From Candidatus Nanoarchaeia archaeon (GTDB lineage Archaea > Nanobdellota > Nanobdellia > Woesearchaeales > UBA583), in NCBI GenBank assembly GCA_050292425.1, contig JBNKLP010000001.1:40075-104074 (forward strand): a stretch of DNA of 64,000 bases, in the 5' to 3' direction. The notes below the pieces were generated by a model that had not been told where the DNA came from, did no database searches, and saw only the letters and a list, made by a program, of their open reading frames with translations. A program made the position numbers and the translations under genes. Below, piece after piece: positions 17,825-26,865 of this stretch. Every line of letters begins with the position of its first letter. Positions within the stretch are counted from its first letter, which is position 1.

Positions 17825-18397
17825 TCAAATATAACTCCTATGTGGTTTTTTTGTAATAAAGATACCATCTTGGATAACTCTTCTATCAAGGTGATTAATT
17901 CTAGTCAACTGTTCAAGTGAAGCAGCAACCTGACCAACTCTCTCCTTATCAATACCAGTAACAGTAATATCCTTACCATTCACATTAACTTTAACATCAC
18001 TTGGAATTTCAACAGTTCTTGGAACTTTCTCTCCAAGCAAATTCTTAACTTCAAACTTACTACCTGAAACTCCTGCAGTAATAGGGAATTTTGCATAAAC
18101 TACAACTAGATTATACTCAAATCCTTCTGTAATTCCTGCAACCATGTTCTTAACATGAGCTCTATATGTAAAGATAATCTTTTTCTCTCTTTGAGATAAA
18201 TGTTTAGTTCCTACAACAATTTCTCCTGCTTTAACTTCAATATAAACCCAAGGATACTTAAGCTTCTTTGAAACTTCTCCTTTTGGACCTTTAACTGTTA
18301 AAACACCATCTTCATAAACAGCAGTAACTCCTTCTGTAAAAGGAACACTGATTTCAAGTGTCTTCCACTCTTTCTTAGCCATTTGTGTCTTTGCCAT
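17825..18397 (-). CDS. rpl6: 50S ribosomal protein L6 (uL6)
   Basis: It has a two-domain uL6 pattern (VTVKGPKGEVSK..., DITVTGIDKERVGQVAASL). Confidence 0.9.
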   Translation of the reverse strand: MAKTQMAKKEWKTLEISVPFTEGVTAVYEDGVLTVKGPKGEVSKKLKYPWVYIEVKAGEIVVGTKHLSQREKKIIFTYRAHVKNMVAGITEGFEYNLVVVYAKFPITAGVSGSKFEVKNLLGEKVPRTVEIPSDVKVNVNGKDITVTGIDKERVGQVAASLEQLTRINHLDRRVIQDGIFITKKPHRSYI

Positions 18398-18407
18398 TTT
18401 GATACCC

Positions 18408-18797
18408 TTAGTAACAATAAGCTACCAAAACACCTCCAACATTTTTCTCTCTAGCCTCTCTTTGAGTTAAAAGACCCTTATTAGTTGAGATAATCAAAAC
18501 TCCAAAATCCTTAGCAGGAAGGAATCTCTTCTCAAAAGCCTCTAGTTCTTCAATTTTAACTGGATACCTTGGTTTTATAATTCCACATTTATTGATAGTT
18601 CCCAAAAGATTAACATTAATCTTGCCACCTCTTCCATCTTCTACAACTTCGTATGAACCAACATATCCTTCATTCTTAAGCACTTCCAAAACAGAAACCA
18701 TAAGCTTGTTTCTTCTTAATATCACAACTTTGTACAAAGCCTTAACAGCATTGTTAATCTTGGACATTGAATCTGCAATTAAATCATTAGATGCCAT
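18408..18797 (-). CDS. rps8: 30S ribosomal protein S8 (uS8)
   Basis: The S8 pattern and the C-terminal GVLIISTNKGLLTQREAREKNVGGVLVAYCY motif are present. Confidence 0.85.
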   Translation of the reverse strand: MASNDLIADSMSKINNAVKALYKVVILRRNKLMVSVLEVLKNEGYVGSYEVVEDGRGGKINVNLLGTINKCGIIKPRYPVKIEELEAFEKRFLPAKDFGVLIISTNKGLLTQREAREKNVGGVLVAYCY

Positions 18798-18798
18798 T

Positions 18799-19029
18799 TT
18801 AATTTAATTTCTTAAACCCCAACTTGTTTGCATTAAGCCTGAAACATCTTCTACAGATATTTAAACCATATTTACTAATATGTCCTCTAGTAGTACCACA
18901 AAACTCACACTTAGTAATACCCTTTCCAAACTTTCTCTCATTAGGAGCATTATGCTTTTGGTACTTACCCCACTTAGCAGGCTTTGCTTCTAACTGATTG
19001 TATGCTTTACTATAATCTTTACTTGTCAT
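18799..19029 (-). CDS. rps14: 30S ribosomal protein S14 type Z (uS14, zinc-binding)
   Basis: CEFCGTTRGHISKYGLNICRRCFR is a C4 zinc motif. Confidence 0.85.
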   Translation of the reverse strand: MTSKDYSKAYNQLEAKPAKWGKYQKHNAPNERKFGKGITKCEFCGTTRGHISKYGLNICRRCFRLNANKLGFKKLN

Positions 19030-19031
19030 TT

Positions 19032-19577
19032 TTAATTGAATTTAACTCCAAAATCTTTTGTTAGTAGTTCTACAACCTCTTCCTTTCTAACCTTATGTCT
19101 TGCAGGAATTTTTGCACTTAGCAATCTTCTTGACTTAATTCTAAATCCAGCTCTTGCAAAAGTAGCCATAACTTCGAAACCCATAATTCCGATATCTGCA
19201 TCATACTTAATACCATTAAGCTCCAAGTACTCCTGAAACCCAACTGAAAAATTTCCATGTGTATCAAGAGATGTTGACTTAACATGCTTTCCTTTTGAAT
19301 CTAGTATCCACTTAAGGAATTTAGCAGCATCCTCTCCTCTCAAAGTTACCTTGTAACCAATAGGAAGACCAGGTCTAATCTGCCATGTTGCAAGTCTCTT
19401 TCTTGCACAGTTCTTAACAGGAGTCTTGTCTGTAAGCTTTCTAAGAAGCTTTTCAGCCTTAACCATACCCTGCTTATCATTTCCAGCACAGATGTTAACT
19501 GTAACTTTTTCCAAGAAAACTGATTTCATTGGATTTGCAGTCTTTGCTTTTGTTTTTGCTTCAGCCATTTTACTCAA
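19032..19577 (-). CDS. rpl5: 50S ribosomal protein L5 (uL5)
   Basis: The uL5 pattern is present (VTVNICAGNDKQ, GIMGFEV...). Confidence 0.9.
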   Translation of the reverse strand: MSKMAEAKTKAKTANPMKSVFLEKVTVNICAGNDKQGMVKAEKLLRKLTDKTPVKNCARKRLATWQIRPGLPIGYKVTLRGEDAAKFLKWILDSKGKHVKSTSLDTHGNFSVGFQEYLELNGIKYDADIGIMGFEVMATFARAGFRIKSRRLLSAKIPARHKVRKEEVVELLTKDFGVKFN

Positions 19578-20283
19578 ACCTCTTCAAATCTTCTTTCTTA
19601 GCTCCAACCACATAACAATAATCCTTTGCTGTATTGTGTTCAACTTTTCCAATCGTAATTTGTGCAACGTCTCTAGTAACACCACTATAGTGTGTAAAAG
19701 ACTTAATTTCTCCTAATTTACCTTTAAACTTACCGTCAAAAACATAAACCTGAGCTCCTTCCTTCAAATTAAGAACTTTCTCAACTTTCTTCTTTGCTGT
19801 ATCAAAAACAACTGTATCAGCAACCTTTACTGACTTTGCAGTCTTCTCATCAACAATCAAATTGAATCCATTCATAAAGTTAAGCTGGAACTTCTTTGCT
19901 CCCAAAGTAACCTTACCTGAAACCTTCAAGTAAATTAAATCATCCTTAACAGGAACTAGTTTTACTTTTCCAAGCTCATCAAAAAGAATAGTAAACTTCT
20001 GACTTGTAGACTTGATTGCAACAACATCAAACATACCAATTGGTGCTTTAATGTCCTTTACAACCTTTGAATTTACTGAAACTTCTTCATTATGAGCGAT
20101 AAATTTAGCTTCTTTAGCTGTAGTTGCAACTCCCATAACCTCTCTAAGCAGAACTACTAATGAAACAACATACTTTCTATTCATTGAACCTGGATTTGGC
20201 TTTGCAATAAATGTAGCTGCCTTTCTTGAAATGTTCCAACTTGTTGGCATTGAAGTTCTCTTAAGATGTCTACTGTTTACCAT
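19570..20283 (-). CDS. rps4e: 30S ribosomal protein S4e (eS4)
   Basis: N-terminal HLKRTSMPTSWNISRKAATFIAKPNPG. The length and KOW-like region also fit. Confidence 0.9.
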   Translation of the reverse strand: MVNSRHLKRTSMPTSWNISRKAATFIAKPNPGSMNRKYVVSLVVLLREVMGVATTAKEAKFIAHNEEVSVNSKVVKDIKAPIGMFDVVAIKSTSQKFTILFDELGKVKLVPVKDDLIYLKVSGKVTLGAKKFQLNFMNGFNLIVDEKTAKSVKVADTVVFDTAKKKVEKVLNLKEGAQVYVFDGKFKGKLGEIKSFTHYSGVTRDVAQITIGKVEHNTAKDYCYVVGAKKEDLKRFE

Positions 20284-20671
20284 TTTCTTTCTTTAACCTC
20301 TCTAACTTTTCAACTCTTCTCTTATCACTCATATCAAGCTTTGCAATCTGCAAATTTGAAGGATGGATAGGATACAAAGCCTCAGTTCCATCAGTTCTAG
20401 TAACACTAGCTCCCTCTACGTGAACCTTAAGTGTTGCAAGTGATACCTTAGTAACCTTACCAGTTTTACCTTTGAACTGTCCTGCCATTACTTTAACTGA
20501 ATCTCCAACTCTAACTGGAACAGATCTAACTCCATACTCTTTTCTAAGCTCCTTTGACAAGGATGCTGACATAAACTTGTGTCTGATGTGAAGTGGCGCG
20601 TTAAAAGCGTACTTTCTTTGTTTTCTAGGCTGGCTAGATGAATTCCAAAATTTTGACCATTTATTCTCCAT
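20270..20671 (-). CDS. rpl24: 50S ribosomal protein L24 (uL24)
   Basis: KOW motif VRVGDSVKVMAGQFKGKTGKVTKV. Confidence 0.85.
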   Translation of the reverse strand: MENKWSKFWNSSSQPRKQRKYAFNAPLHIRHKFMSASLSKELRKEYGVRSVPVRVGDSVKVMAGQFKGKTGKVTKVSLATLKVHVEGASVTRTDGTEALYPIHPSNLQIAKLDMSDKRRVEKLERLKKENGKQ

Positions 20672-20684
20672 TCTTCATCAACCT

Positions 20685-21089
20685 CTAAACAATAATATTG
20701 GCAATTCTCGCCACAGCTGGAAATCTTTCTCCAACTTCCTTAGCAATTGCTCCTTTGATAATAGTTCCCTTTGGTGATGCACTCTTCTCATCCTTAAGAA
20801 CTACAGCTCCATTTGATTCAAACTTGATAGTTGTACCATCTGGTCTCTTGAACTCTTGTTTCTGTCTAACAATAACAGCTTTAACAACAGTATGCTTCAT
20901 CTCAGGTTTACCCTTAGTAACATTAGCAGTAATCAAATCGCCAACTCCTCCACACTCAAGCTGCCTCTTAACTGTCTTATATCCCTTAACGGAAATAATC
21001 TTAGCAACTCTTGCTCCGGAATTGTCAACAATATCCACATATGCTCCAATAGGAAGCCCTCTAGATCCGTTTCTTCTAATTGCTTTCAT
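20685..21089 (-). CDS. rpl14: 50S ribosomal protein L14 (uL14)
   Basis: VDNSGARVAKIISVKGY...ITANVTKGKPEM is present. Confidence 0.9.
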   Translation of the reverse strand: MKAIRRNGSRGLPIGAYVDIVDNSGARVAKIISVKGYKTVKRQLECGGVGDLITANVTKGKPEMKHTVVKAVIVRQKQEFKRPDGTTIKFESNGAVVLKDEKSASPKGTIIKGAIAKEVGERFPAVARIANIIV

Positions 21090-21415
21090 TGTTCAATCAC
21101 CTTTAGAACAGCAAAATGCTTAGTTTTTGAAAGTGGTCTAGTCTCACCGATAAGAACCTTGTCACCCTTCTTTGCTTTAACACAATCAGGATTATGAGCA
21201 GCAACCTTTGATTTGGACTTGTAGTACCTTGAATACTTAGTATCCTTAATCATTGATTCCCATTCAACCTTAACAGTTCTATCCATTGAATCAGATGTAA
21301 CAACACCCTCAACAATTTTACCTCTAACTGATAGACTACCATGATATGGACAGTTAACATCCTCACATTCAGTCTTCGGTTTGAATTCGATATTATAACC
21401 TACACTAGATTTCAT
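21086..21415 (-). CDS. rps17: 30S ribosomal protein S17 (uS17)
   Basis: OB-fold uS17 pattern (GKIVEGVVTSDSMDRTVKV...GDKVLIGETRPLSKTKHFAVL). Confidence 0.85.
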   Translation of the reverse strand: MKSSVGYNIEFKPKTECEDVNCPYHGSLSVRGKIVEGVVTSDSMDRTVKVEWESMIKDTKYSRYYKSKSKVAAHNPDCVKAKKGDKVLIGETRPLSKTKHFAVLKVIEQ

Positions 21416-21528
21416 TTTTCGATTATTTTTTTAAGAAGTCTTTCGACTTGTGCACAAATTACGAGCCTTACCAAGTTTTCTGCGATTAACAGATAATTAA
21501 CAAATAGGAAACCGGCACTAACCAGGTC

Positions 21529-21816
21529 TCACCTCAGTTTTTTTATCCTTGATAATACTGTACTTAAAAGTAAGCGTCCATCTATTTTTAAAGGTTTTCC
21601 TTCAACTTCAGCTTTGAGAATAACTTGAGATTTCAAAATTCGCTTTGTTAAGCCTCCTACTTCTAAAAAAAGCAAGTTTGCAGTTTCTTTTACCAAAACT
21701 CCTTTTATTCCAATCAAATTCTTGTTTTTTGCCTCTAAAATCTCGATTTCTTTGCCGATTAAAGACATAAAAATAACTTCGTATTCAAGTTGTTTCTTTG
21801 GTGAAGGCTTAATCAT
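21529..21816 (-). CDS. rnp1: RNase P protein component 1 (Rpp29/Pop4)
   Basis: LIGKEIEILEAKNKNLIGIKGVLVKETANLLFLEV fits the Rpp29 Sm-like core. It sits between rpl29 and rps17, the conserved position in archaeal clusters. Confidence 0.75.
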   Translation of the reverse strand: MIKPSPKKQLEYEVIFMSLIGKEIEILEAKNKNLIGIKGVLVKETANLLFLEVGGLTKRILKSQVILKAEVEGKPLKIDGRLLLSTVLSRIKKLR

Positions 21817-21859
21817 TAAAAAACTAAAATGAGAATTAATTAAAAACTTAACTAAAAAA

Positions 21860-22858
21860 TTAATTCATAATCCCTCTATTATGCCGAACCATCCTAACCA
21901 TAATAAATGGAAAAATCAAAGTAGTAATCAAAGCCATAATAACTAGTGAAGAATAAAGCCCAGCAGTAATCAATCCTGCCTGAAACGCAATTAATGCAAA
22001 TGCTAGCTCCAAAGCTCCTCTCGAATTCATTCCCCACCCTATCAAATACAATTGTTTAAATGAAAAATTTACATGACTCTTTGAGATAAGAGTTCCTACA
22101 ATCTTTCCAACAATTGCTAAAGCAATTACCAAAAACAACACAAATGAAAGCCCATGAAGACTAAACAAATCAAAATGCATTCCCATTGTCACAAAAAAGA
22201 AGGGTACTAAAAACACATTCATAAAAACCTCAGTTTTTTTGACCATATGATGCTTCCTGAAATACTTCTGAGCAAAAATACCAATAGCAAAAGACACTAG
22301 CACTCCTGCCAAAACTAAATGCTCCTCAAAACTTGCAACTCCCAAAAAGAAAATCACAAAAGAGAACATCAAAAGCCCAAAAACATCATCTATAATTCCT
22401 GCTCCAATCATTGCAGAACCCACCCTGCTCTTCAGTTTTCCAATCTCTAAAAGAACTTTGGCCTTAGTTGCCTCAGCAGTAATACTCATGCACACTCCAA
22501 CTACAAACGAAGTAATAAGTGAATAACCAATCAAAACAAAAACTGCAAACCCCAAGATAAAAGGAACAACAGCTGCAAAAAAAGCCACATAAAACGAATC
22601 CTTCTCTTCCTTCTTAAGATTCTTCCACGAACTCTCAAGCCCTGCCAAAAACATTAAACTAAAAAGTCCAAGATTACCTAAAAAATAAATAAACTCCTCA
22701 TAAGGTCCAAGTAAAAGTTCTTCTATTCCCGGAAAACCAAAACTAAGTCCCATAATTATCAAAACAACAACTGAAGGCACATCAACTATCATCTTGATTA
22801 AATGAACAAACAAAAATGAAATCAAAACTACTGAAAATACCGTAAAAATTACATTCAT
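21860..22858 (-). CDS. Cation:proton antiporter (CPA/Kef-NapA-like), 332 aa, multi-TM
   Basis: It has about 10 hydrophobic segments. The FLAGLE motif, GAGIIDDVFG and GMNSRGALELAFALIA are typical of Na+(K+)/H+ exchangers. Confidence 0.7.
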   Translation of the reverse strand: MNVIFTVFSVVLISFLFVHLIKMIVDVPSVVVLIIMGLSFGFPGIEELLLGPYEEFIYFLGNLGLFSLMFLAGLESSWKNLKKEEKDSFYVAFFAAVVPFILGFAVFVLIGYSLITSFVVGVCMSITAEATKAKVLLEIGKLKSRVGSAMIGAGIIDDVFGLLMFSFVIFFLGVASFEEHLVLAGVLVSFAIGIFAQKYFRKHHMVKKTEVFMNVFLVPFFFVTMGMHFDLFSLHGLSFVLFLVIALAIVGKIVGTLISKSHVNFSFKQLYLIGWGMNSRGALELAFALIAFQAGLITAGLYSSLVIMALITTLIFPFIMVRMVRHNRGIMN

Positions 22859-22926
22859 AGATTAAAATTCAAAACATTTATATAAAGAAATTTATACCAA
22901 CTCCTCAATAAAAACTAAAACTAAAA

Positions 22927-23250
22927 TTAAGAAGAGATGTGCATAGACTCTCTATTAAATCCTTGCTCTTCAAGAACATGAACTAAATCCTTAGTCCTAT
23001 CAGTCCTGCCTAAAAGAACTTCAATATCCTTTCCCTTGATAGTTCCACCACATGCCATCTTATTCTTAATGGTCTTAAGAATTTCCTTCAAATCCTTGGC
23101 TTCAACATCAACTCCAGAAACAATAGCCCAGAATTTCCCATATTTCCTTCTCTCTACTTTAATTTGAATTATAGAAGAAGTTTTTTCTACTTCCTGGCAA
23201 ACACAAAGTTCACTAGGAAGTCCGCAAACAGAACATGTATCGTTTAACAT
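22927..23250 (-). CDS. Translation initiation factor SUI1 (aSUI1/eIF1)
   Basis: N-terminal CSVCGLPSELCVC and the SUI1 core MACGGTIKGKDIEVLLGRTDRTKDLVHVLEEQGF. Confidence 0.85.
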   Translation of the reverse strand: MLNDTCSVCGLPSELCVCQEVEKTSSIIQIKVERRKYGKFWAIVSGVDVEAKDLKEILKTIKNKMACGGTIKGKDIEVLLGRTDRTKDLVHVLEEQGFNRESMHISS

Positions 23251-23261
23251 TTACCTAAAAA

Positions 23262-23447
23262 TTAACTATTCAACCTCGTTTTGATTCTAGCAATATCTCT
23301 CTTAACTACTTTGATTCTTGCCTTCTTCTTCAAACTATCCTCTCCAGCAAGGGAAGCAGAACCAAGATTAAAAAGCTCTTTCTTCAAAGAAGCAAGAAGA
23401 GTTTCTAACTCCTCATCCTTTTTCTTATTCATTTCCAACTTTTTCAT
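23262..23447 (-). CDS. rpl29: 50S ribosomal protein L29 (uL29)
   Basis: It is a 61-aa helical protein. The motif is ELETLLASLKKELFNL...ARIKTRL. Confidence 0.8.
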   Translation of the reverse strand: MKKLEMNKKKDEELETLLASLKKELFNLGSASLAGEDSLKKKARIKVVKRDIARIKTRLNS

Positions 23448-24187
23448 TCTTCCTTAGCCTCCACTTTCTTAGCAGTCTTCTTCTCCTCTTTTACAGGAGC
23501 AGCCTCTTTTGCTATCTCTTTAACATCTTCCTCATTTATAACATTATCGGAAGCCTTAGTTTTCTCTTCTGCCTTCGCAGGAGCAGTAGTGTCAATATAC
23601 TCAATTTTATCTGGAAGTGGAGTATTTGGCAGCATAATTGCAACTTTAATACCAACAACACCAGTCTTCAAAGTAACCTTCTCAATGGCCTTGTCAATAA
23701 CAAAATCACTAATGTAACCTGTCTTCTTCAAGTATCCTTTTGTAAATCTCCATGACTTAGCTCTTGATGAAGGAAGCTTACCTGAAATTCTAATTTCACA
23801 ACCCATAGCACCTGCGAATTCCATAATTCCTCTAAGTGCCTTGAAACCTGTCAATTTGAACTTCTGTGAACCAAAATTAGCTAAATCATTAGCAATCATC
23901 TTAGCAACAATAGCAGCTGATAAATATGGTTCCTTAATCTCTCCAATCTTAATTTGAGGATTCTCAAAATTAAATTTGTTTCTTAAAGTCTCAGTCAACT
24001 TCTTAATAGTTGAACCTTCTCTTCCAATAACAAGACCAGGTGTTGAAGTATAAATAGTAATTCTCTCCCCAATAGGATTCTTTTCCAATGTAACTTCCTT
24101 AATAGCTACATCCTTAAGTTCCCCTCTAATGAAATTAGAAAGACCAAACTCCATGAACTTGTCATTCATAATTTTTCTCTCAATCAT
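23444..24187 (-). CDS. rps3: 30S ribosomal protein S3 (uS3) with KH domain and acidic/K-rich tail
   Basis: KH motif ITIYTSTPGLVIGREGSTIKKLTE and the S3 C-domain. Confidence 0.9.
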   Translation of the reverse strand: MIERKIMNDKFMEFGLSNFIRGELKDVAIKEVTLEKNPIGERITIYTSTPGLVIGREGSTIKKLTETLRNKFNFENPQIKIGEIKEPYLSAAIVAKMIANDLANFGSQKFKLTGFKALRGIMEFAGAMGCEIRISGKLPSSRAKSWRFTKGYLKKTGYISDFVIDKAIEKVTLKTGVVGIKVAIMLPNTPLPDKIEYIDTTAPAKAEEKTKASDNVINEEDVKEIAKEAAPVKEEKKTAKKVEAKEE

Positions 24188-24630
24188 TTCTCTTTCACCC
24201 CAACAATAACTTCAACATTAGTTGACTTCATTTTTCTACCTGAGTATCTACCGTAATGGTATCTAGCTCCTCCTTTTCTTGCAGAAAGTGAAAGCAAATA
24301 AAGTTCTCCTGAAATTTCCTGCTCTGATGCATTCTTCTGAGCTGACTTAATCATCTTCAAAAGCTCTTTTGCAACAGTAACTGGGTAACCACCAGTATCA
24401 ATGCCTGCTCCTTTCTTATGTCCCATCTCAGCTCTGTACTTTCTGTATGGTACAACTGCTTTCTGCTCAACAACTGATTCAAGATAAGAAATAACGTTCT
24501 TAACCTTCTTTCCTCTGATTGTTTTTGCAACCTCTACAGTCTTCTTAAGTGAAATTGATAAATTAGAACCACAAGCTCTAGCCATAGTCTGCTTATCAAA
24601 AGCTTCAAATGCATATTTATATTCAGCCAT
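24184..24630 (-). CDS. rpl22: 50S ribosomal protein L22 (uL22)
   Basis: uL22 pattern (ARACGSNLSISLKKTVEVAKTIRGKKV...). Confidence 0.85.
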   Translation of the reverse strand: MAEYKYAFEAFDKQTMARACGSNLSISLKKTVEVAKTIRGKKVKNVISYLESVVEQKAVVPYRKYRAEMGHKKGAGIDTGGYPVTVAKELLKMIKSAQKNASEQEISGELYLLSLSARKGGARYHYGRYSGRKMKSTNVEVIVGVKEK

Positions 24631-24632
24631 TT

Positions 24633-25004
24633 TTACTTCCTTACCTCAGTCTTTTTAGCTCCAGCACCTGAATGCTTTGCAATCTTTCTAGTAGGTGCAA
24701 GTTCCCCAAGTCTAACTCCAACCAATTCCTCAGTCAAAACTACCTGAACAAACTCTTTTCCATTGTAGATTCCAATCTTCAAACCTACCATCTCTGGAAG
24801 AACGAACATATCTCTTGCATGAGTCTTAATGTTCTTCTCATTAGCTCTGATTTTCTTAAGCAGCTTATTCTCCTGCTCAGTAAATCCTCTCTTCATTTTC
24901 CTCCTAAGATCACTTGGAAGCAAAACTGCAAGGTCATCCATTGAAAGAGCCTTAAGCTCCTCAATTGTCTTTCCTCTAAATTTGAATATCTTATCATCTG
25001 ACAT
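24633..25004 (-). CDS. rps19: 30S ribosomal protein S19 (uS19)
   Basis: GLKIGIYNGKEFVQVVLTEELVGVRLGELAPTRK. Confidence 0.85.
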   Translation of the reverse strand: MSDDKIFKFRGKTIEELKALSMDDLAVLLPSDLRRKMKRGFTEQENKLLKKIRANEKNIKTHARDMFVLPEMVGLKIGIYNGKEFVQVVLTEELVGVRLGELAPTRKIAKHSGAGAKKTEVRK

Positions 25005-25006
25005 TT

Positions 25007-25738
25007 TTACTTATTCCTCCCAGTGTGCTTAGGTCTTAGCATACCAACTTTTCTACCTGGTGGCGCATTATGTGGTGCAATTGTAGGTCTTCCCTTTCTA
25101 AGTGACCTTGTTCCACCATGTGGATGATCAACAGTACTCATCGCAACTCCTGATGTTCTTGGATAAAGCTTGTTCTTCTTCTTCATTTCATGGAACTTGT
25201 TACCTGCCTTCAAGAATGGCTTCTCTGTTCTACCTGCTCCACCTATTTCACCAACAAAAGCCCTACATGAATCCTTAAGCATCTTCTCCTTCTTAGAAGG
25301 AAGCATAACCTTAGTCATTCCCTTAACATGTCCAACAACAGTAGCAAAAGCTCCTCCTGCTTTAACAAGTTTACCTGAATCCCCTGGAGTCATCTCTATA
25401 TTATAAATACTTGAACCTTCAGGAATATTCTTTAACATATAAGCATTTCCAACCTCAACAGTTGACTTTTCAACTTTCTCTTCATGATTAATAACTACCT
25501 TCTTACCAATATACGCACCAACATGTGATGGAATTAGTGCCTCTCTACCATTCTCGTACTTCACTTTAAGAAGTGGAGCTGAATGACCTTTAGAGTGAAC
25601 AATATCAACAATAGTACCTTCAACAACCTTACCTTTCTCGTAAGTATTATATGAAGTTTTACCAGCAAATCTAAAAGAATGTGCTCTATACGTTGAAGTT
25701 CCTCTTCCCCTTCTTTGTTGTATAATTCTTTTTCCCAT
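25007..25738 (-). CDS. rpl2: 50S ribosomal protein L2 (uL2)
   Basis: GRGTSTYRAHS..., VDHPHGGTRSLRKGRPTIAPHNAPPGRKVG. Confidence 0.9.
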   Translation of the reverse strand: MGKRIIQQRRGRGTSTYRAHSFRFAGKTSYNTYEKGKVVEGTIVDIVHSKGHSAPLLKVKYENGREALIPSHVGAYIGKKVVINHEEKVEKSTVEVGNAYMLKNIPEGSSIYNIEMTPGDSGKLVKAGGAFATVVGHVKGMTKVMLPSKKEKMLKDSCRAFVGEIGGAGRTEKPFLKAGNKFHEMKKKNKLYPRTSGVAMSTVDHPHGGTRSLRKGRPTIAPHNAPPGRKVGMLRPKHTGRNK

Positions 25739-25749
25739 TTTTTCTTTAT

Positions 25750-26058
25750 TTAAACAAGACCAAACTCAGATGCCAAATCAGAAGCAACTCCGTCATCAGC
25801 AAATGTTACAATTGCTCTTTTCTTACCAGTAATTGAATTAACAGTATTAACTGCCTTAACCTTCTTTCCTAGCTCATTTTCAATCAAAAGCTTAACCAAA
25901 GGTTTGCTTGCTGCCTTTGTAACTTCAAAAACAATTTTGTTATCAAACTCAATCAATCTTGTAGTTTTTTCGGACACTACCACCTTCCTGATAACATCAT
26001 AAAACTGTTTTGAAAGCTCTTTCTTGAAAACATCTTCCATTTTCTTATCTTCTGCCAT
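25750..26058 (-). CDS. rpl23: 50S ribosomal protein L23 (uL23)
   Basis: uL23 pattern (VIRKVVVSEKTTRLIEFDNKIVFEV). Confidence 0.85.
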   Translation of the reverse strand: MAEDKKMEDVFKKELSKQFYDVIRKVVVSEKTTRLIEFDNKIVFEVTKAASKPLVKLLIENELGKKVKAVNTVNSITGKKRAIVTFADDGVASDLASEFGLV

Positions 26059-26059
26059 T

Positions 26060-26860
26060 TTACTCTAAAACCTCCACAAACTCAGTTGCAGCTGCTTTAG
26101 TAAAAACAACAGCCCTTCCTAGCTTCTCACTCATACCAAAATCAGCAGCCATCAAAAGTTCCGGAGTGATAACATCAAAACCTTTAACATTTCTAACTGC
26201 CTTAAGCATTGGAGCCTCTAGTGATGAAACCACAAACAATGGTCCTCTCTTGGACTTGTAAGTTCTACCTCTCATAGTTCCTTTTCCTGCTCTGATACTT
26301 CTACCTGCAGTTCTTGAAACCTCATCAGCAAAACCAATCTTTTCTAAAACATCTCTAAAATCTTTAGTCTTTGCAATTTTTTCAACACTATCATCAAGTA
26401 CAAAAGGATAACTCTCAGGCACTTTCTGTCCATTAGCAACAACCAAATTCTTATCCAGTGATGCAACAAAACCAGATCTAAGTGCTTTAAGCCACTCCTT
26501 GTTATTCATATCTTTCATAACAATCTTTTCAGCCTTAGGAGGGTGAGCCCTTCTACCTCCCACAGTCTGTGAAGCAAAAGCACCAACATATCTAAACTGA
26601 GTTCCTCTTGACCACATTACTTTTCTAGGAGTTCTTGAACCACCCCTACCATAAGTAGATCTAAGTTTCTTTCTTCTCTTTGAAAGATGAATTGCATGCT
26701 TCTTACCAGCCATAGGATCTGCACCTTGAGTCTGTCTAAAAAGACTATTCTCAGCAATAATTGCCTTCTTGAAAATATCCTCCCTTACATCCTCAACAAC
26801 ATTAAGGTCAAAATCTCCAACCTTTTTTCCTGTTTTATCTAATACATTTAACTTAACCAT
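26060..26860 (-). CDS. rpl4: 50S ribosomal protein L4 (uL4)
   Basis: uL4 pattern (HAIHLSKRRKKLRSTYGRGGSRTPRK...). Confidence 0.9.
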   Translation of the reverse strand: MVKLNVLDKTGKKVGDFDLNVVEDVREDIFKKAIIAENSLFRQTQGADPMAGKKHAIHLSKRRKKLRSTYGRGGSRTPRKVMWSRGTQFRYVGAFASQTVGGRRAHPPKAEKIVMKDMNNKEWLKALRSGFVASLDKNLVVANGQKVPESYPFVLDDSVEKIAKTKDFRDVLEKIGFADEVSRTAGRSIRAGKGTMRGRTYKSKRGPLFVVSSLEAPMLKAVRNVKGFDVITPELLMAADFGMSEKLGRAVVFTKAAATEFVEVLE

Positions 26861-26865
26861 TTTTC